From: Bilabrum cf. latius
Lineage: Eukaryota
Direction of reading: 5' to 3'
Assembly (NCBI GenBank): GCA_965178125.1
Contig: OZ237745.1
Coordinates: 558,001-622,000 of the forward strand
DNA: 64,000 bases
Shown here: piece by piece, positions 61,559 through 64,000 of the stretch
Position numbering within the stretch: the first letter of the stretch is position 1
Layout of the letters: every line of letters begins with the position of its first letter
The notes under the pieces: model-generated
What the model was told of the DNA's origin: nothing
The model's database searches: none
The model's input: the letters and a program-made list of their open reading frames with translations, nothing else
Program-made: the position numbers and the translations under genes

Positions 61559-64000
61559 TCATACCTCCTCTGCATTACTCATGCCAGCTGATACGCTGCC
61601 CGCATTGCTCGTCCTGGATGCAGCCGCACCACCCTTCTTGGCAGCTGCCGCTGGGCTCTGCGTGGAGCGGGCGCAAGAGATCCTGTAGACCAGGAAGGCG
61701 ACCACAGCGAGCACCACCAACCCGCCGAGCACGCCGACGGCGATGATGCCCGGCGACACGCCATCGTTATCCTCGTCACCGTCCACATCACCTCCACCAT
61801 CGCTCGGCTGCGCCTCCGCTATGCGCACTTCCGTGTCGACCTGCTCCGCCTCGATCTGCACCGAGGAGACGTCTACCTGCAGACGAGATGCCACCGCGGG
61901 AACCTACGCGATGAGGTCGTCCAGCAGCCCGTTGCCCCCACTGGCGGGAGTGCCGGACACGTAGCCGGTCACGGCCGTGCGAGTCTCCTCCGCCGATGCG
62001 GTGACAGGGAAGCGGACGGAGGAGTCCACCTCGATTCCCGACCCACTGCCGGACTGGAGCACGCGAGCCCCCGTCGCGGCCTGATCCTCCACGCGGGTGA
62101 TGGTCACCTCCGATGCCCCTGTCGCTGCCGCTATACTGGCCTTGTATGGCTCGGCCAGGCTCTCGAGGAACTGCTTCTTGTTGACACCCTGCAGCTTCAC
62201 GCCCGCCATCTCGACGTACACGCCGATCTGCCGCACCGGCGCGGTACACGTGTTCGTGCCTGCCGAGCACACGAGTTCGCCATCGCAATTCTCACTGGTC
62301 TCGCACGCCAGCCCCTGCGCGCAAAGCCCGCAGCCGATTTCAAGGTCCTCGATGCCGCAGTCGATGTCCGTCTCGAAGCCGTTGACAATACCGTCGCTGC
62401 AGGTGGGCTCGGCGTCCTGCTCGAGCTCCTCGGAGCACACGCCCTGGTCGTCCTCGAGCCAGCCAGCGTCGCACGAACAGGTAAATACCGCGGGGTCGGA
62501 CGAGTCGGCTTGGCACACGCCGTTGCCGCACGGCTCGTCAGCACACGGACCTTCAACCCGGACCTGCCCGCAAAAGTCGCCAAAGAATCTGGACTCTGAG
62601 CATGAGCAGACCACGCTCCCGGCATCGCTGACTGCACACTGGGCCCCGTTTTTGCACGGATTGGGGCTGCAGGGATCCGCTGGTGCTGCTGTCGGGGACG
62701 GAGTGGGCGTGGCCTGGGATCCAGCTGGCGAAGGCGAGGGGCTCGCAGCAGCTGGCGAGCTGGAGCTGGCCGATGGGCTTGGGCTCGCGGAGGGGCTGCT
62801 ACTCATGGATGGTGAAGACGACGGGCTCGGGTTCAAGCTTGTGCTAGGACTTGGGCTGGTACTAGGAGTCGGAGAAGTCGACGGGCTCGGGCTCGGGAAT
62901 GCGGCTCCCACCATCTTGGCAAAAGGCGCCTACCCCGGGTCGGTCATCGAGTAGACCAGCTCGACGCACTCCTCCTGGGCCAGTTTTTCGTCACCGACGA
63001 TTAGGTCACCGTTGTCCAGCCGATGCTGGGACACGTTCAGCTGCAACGTTGCTGGATTCAGCTTTGAATCCAGTCCAATGCACGAATAGAGACTGATGTT
63101 GTAGTCGGTTCGGCCGAGGTCAGCTGCGACCAGTGCGACAAGGCCAGATGCTCCAGGCACCATCACCGTCTCGAGCACGTCGAACGACAGGTAATTCGAG
63201 CTCGTGTCCAAGTTGATCGAGTCCCTCTGGATCTGCGCTTCCTGCCTTCCCAGCGAGCTCTCGACATACTGCAGGCCGTTGGTGTCGCCCTCCAGGTCGA
63301 TCGTGTTGGATCGGACCAGCTCTGGCGAGATACAGTCAGCCACGGGTTCCTAGGTGATCGTCATAGTGTCATTCAAGGTATAGGAGTCGTCACCCGCCTG
63401 CGCTTCGCACATATCTCGCACCTATATCCGAGACGTGGACGAGTCGTCCTAGACCAAACCGACATGGAACGATGCAGATGATGTGCTGCTATCAGCTGAA
63501 ACAACGAGGCACATGTAATGCTCCGGATCCCCGAACGAGTGCACCACGAGCATCATGTCACTAGTCGCCTCGTACACCGCTGAGTCAACCACGACCAAGT
63601 CCAAGGGGGCGGCATAGCTTTGTACGATGTGGATCGTGTCGTTGAAGAAACAAGCAGACTCAATGGCACTGGTATCATCGGAGACGCCCTCGTACTGCAA
63701 GCTGGCAGCATCCAACGCTGGGGCTGCCTGCAGTCCAACCATCCAGTCGCTCTTGCTGTTGCCCCTGCACTCGGCATCTTGCGAGCTCGTCAGATTGTAC
63801 GTCTTGAGCGGGACTGCATCAGAGTCTTCAAACACGTTCGTGCATGCATAGTTGGCCTGCATGCCGTTTGAGCGATGCGGCCCAACGCCATCGATGTCGT
63901 ACAGCTCTAGTGTGGTCTTTCCATTCGTCATGTCGAAGACCCCTTTGGCGCACACCCAGGATTCCTAGCCCAGGGACCCATCGCCAACATCCGTTACATA
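61559..64000 (-). CDS. Cell-surface type I membrane protein with a Ser/Pro-rich stalk, EGF-like and Cys-rich modules (5' end beyond the window)
   Basis: EGF motifs CSPNPCKNGAQC and CADEPCGNGVC; CSDGIVNGFETDIDCG repeat; TM IIAVGVLGGLVVLAVVAFLVY. One frame through TAGs at 63965, 63449, 63422, 63350, 62930 and 61904. The 3' end may splice (gtatga near 61564). Confidence 0.75.

Noticed and set aside
1-64000. In-frame TAGs as pseudogenisation or sequencing errors
   Set aside because: Only TAG occurs internally, with no TAA, TGA or frameshifts in the exons. Essential genes are affected, and the sites match Gln positions.
1-64000. Ciliate-type code (table 6, TAA and TAG both Gln)
   Set aside because: No internal TAA was seen, and TAA sits at the expected C-termini of PP5, UTP10 and other genes.
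1-64000. Pyrrolysine, selenocysteine or programmed leaky readthrough
   Set aside because: There are up to 10-11 TAGs per gene, a tandem TAG TAG, varied 3' contexts and Gln-specific positions. No pyl genes are present, and TGA is not used internally.
1-64000. U-to-C mRNA editing of UAG to CAG
   Set aside because: Not formally excluded from DNA alone. It is less parsimonious, because editing would be expected to leave TAA (CAA) and TGA (CGA) sites as well, and none are seen. RNA-seq would decide.

Overview
Gene-dense, GC-rich eukaryotic nuclear DNA with short GT-AG introns (several about 91-95 nt) and about 20 protein-coding genes. A phagotrophic stramenopile-like protist is my inference. The main result is a non-standard nuclear genetic code: TAG is read as glutamine, while TAA and TGA remain stops. 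By manual count about 80 in-frame TAGs interrupt 18 otherwise intact genes, including essential ones (UTP10/HEATR1, strumpellin, YIF1, ALDH7). They fall on conserved Gln positions (ALDH7 VGTAG[TAG]RCTT, strumpellin SFEYI[TAG]DF, ankyrin DxxG[TAG]SL) and inside poly-Gln runs. Every gene end I resolved is TAA (8) or TGA (10). The supplied standard-code ORF track therefore fragments most genes; the models below are re-read with TAG=Gln. Genes in order: KNL1-like (partial), ALDH7, a hypothetical protein, GxGYxYP and GH43-like secreted glycosidases, an ependymin-like protein, PP5, RPS15, an ARM protein, WASHC5, a ~3,330-aa ARM/WW/PH protein, a Ubl-tailed protein, a secreted Trx-ankyrin-JmjC protein, YIF1, an SPF45-like G-patch protein, an ARM/coiled-coil/RS protein, an MRH-domain receptor, UTP10, a secreted bacterial-like enzyme, and an EGF membrane protein (partial). 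I found no tRNA, rRNA, CRISPR array or intact mobile element. All homology calls are from motif recall, not database searches.
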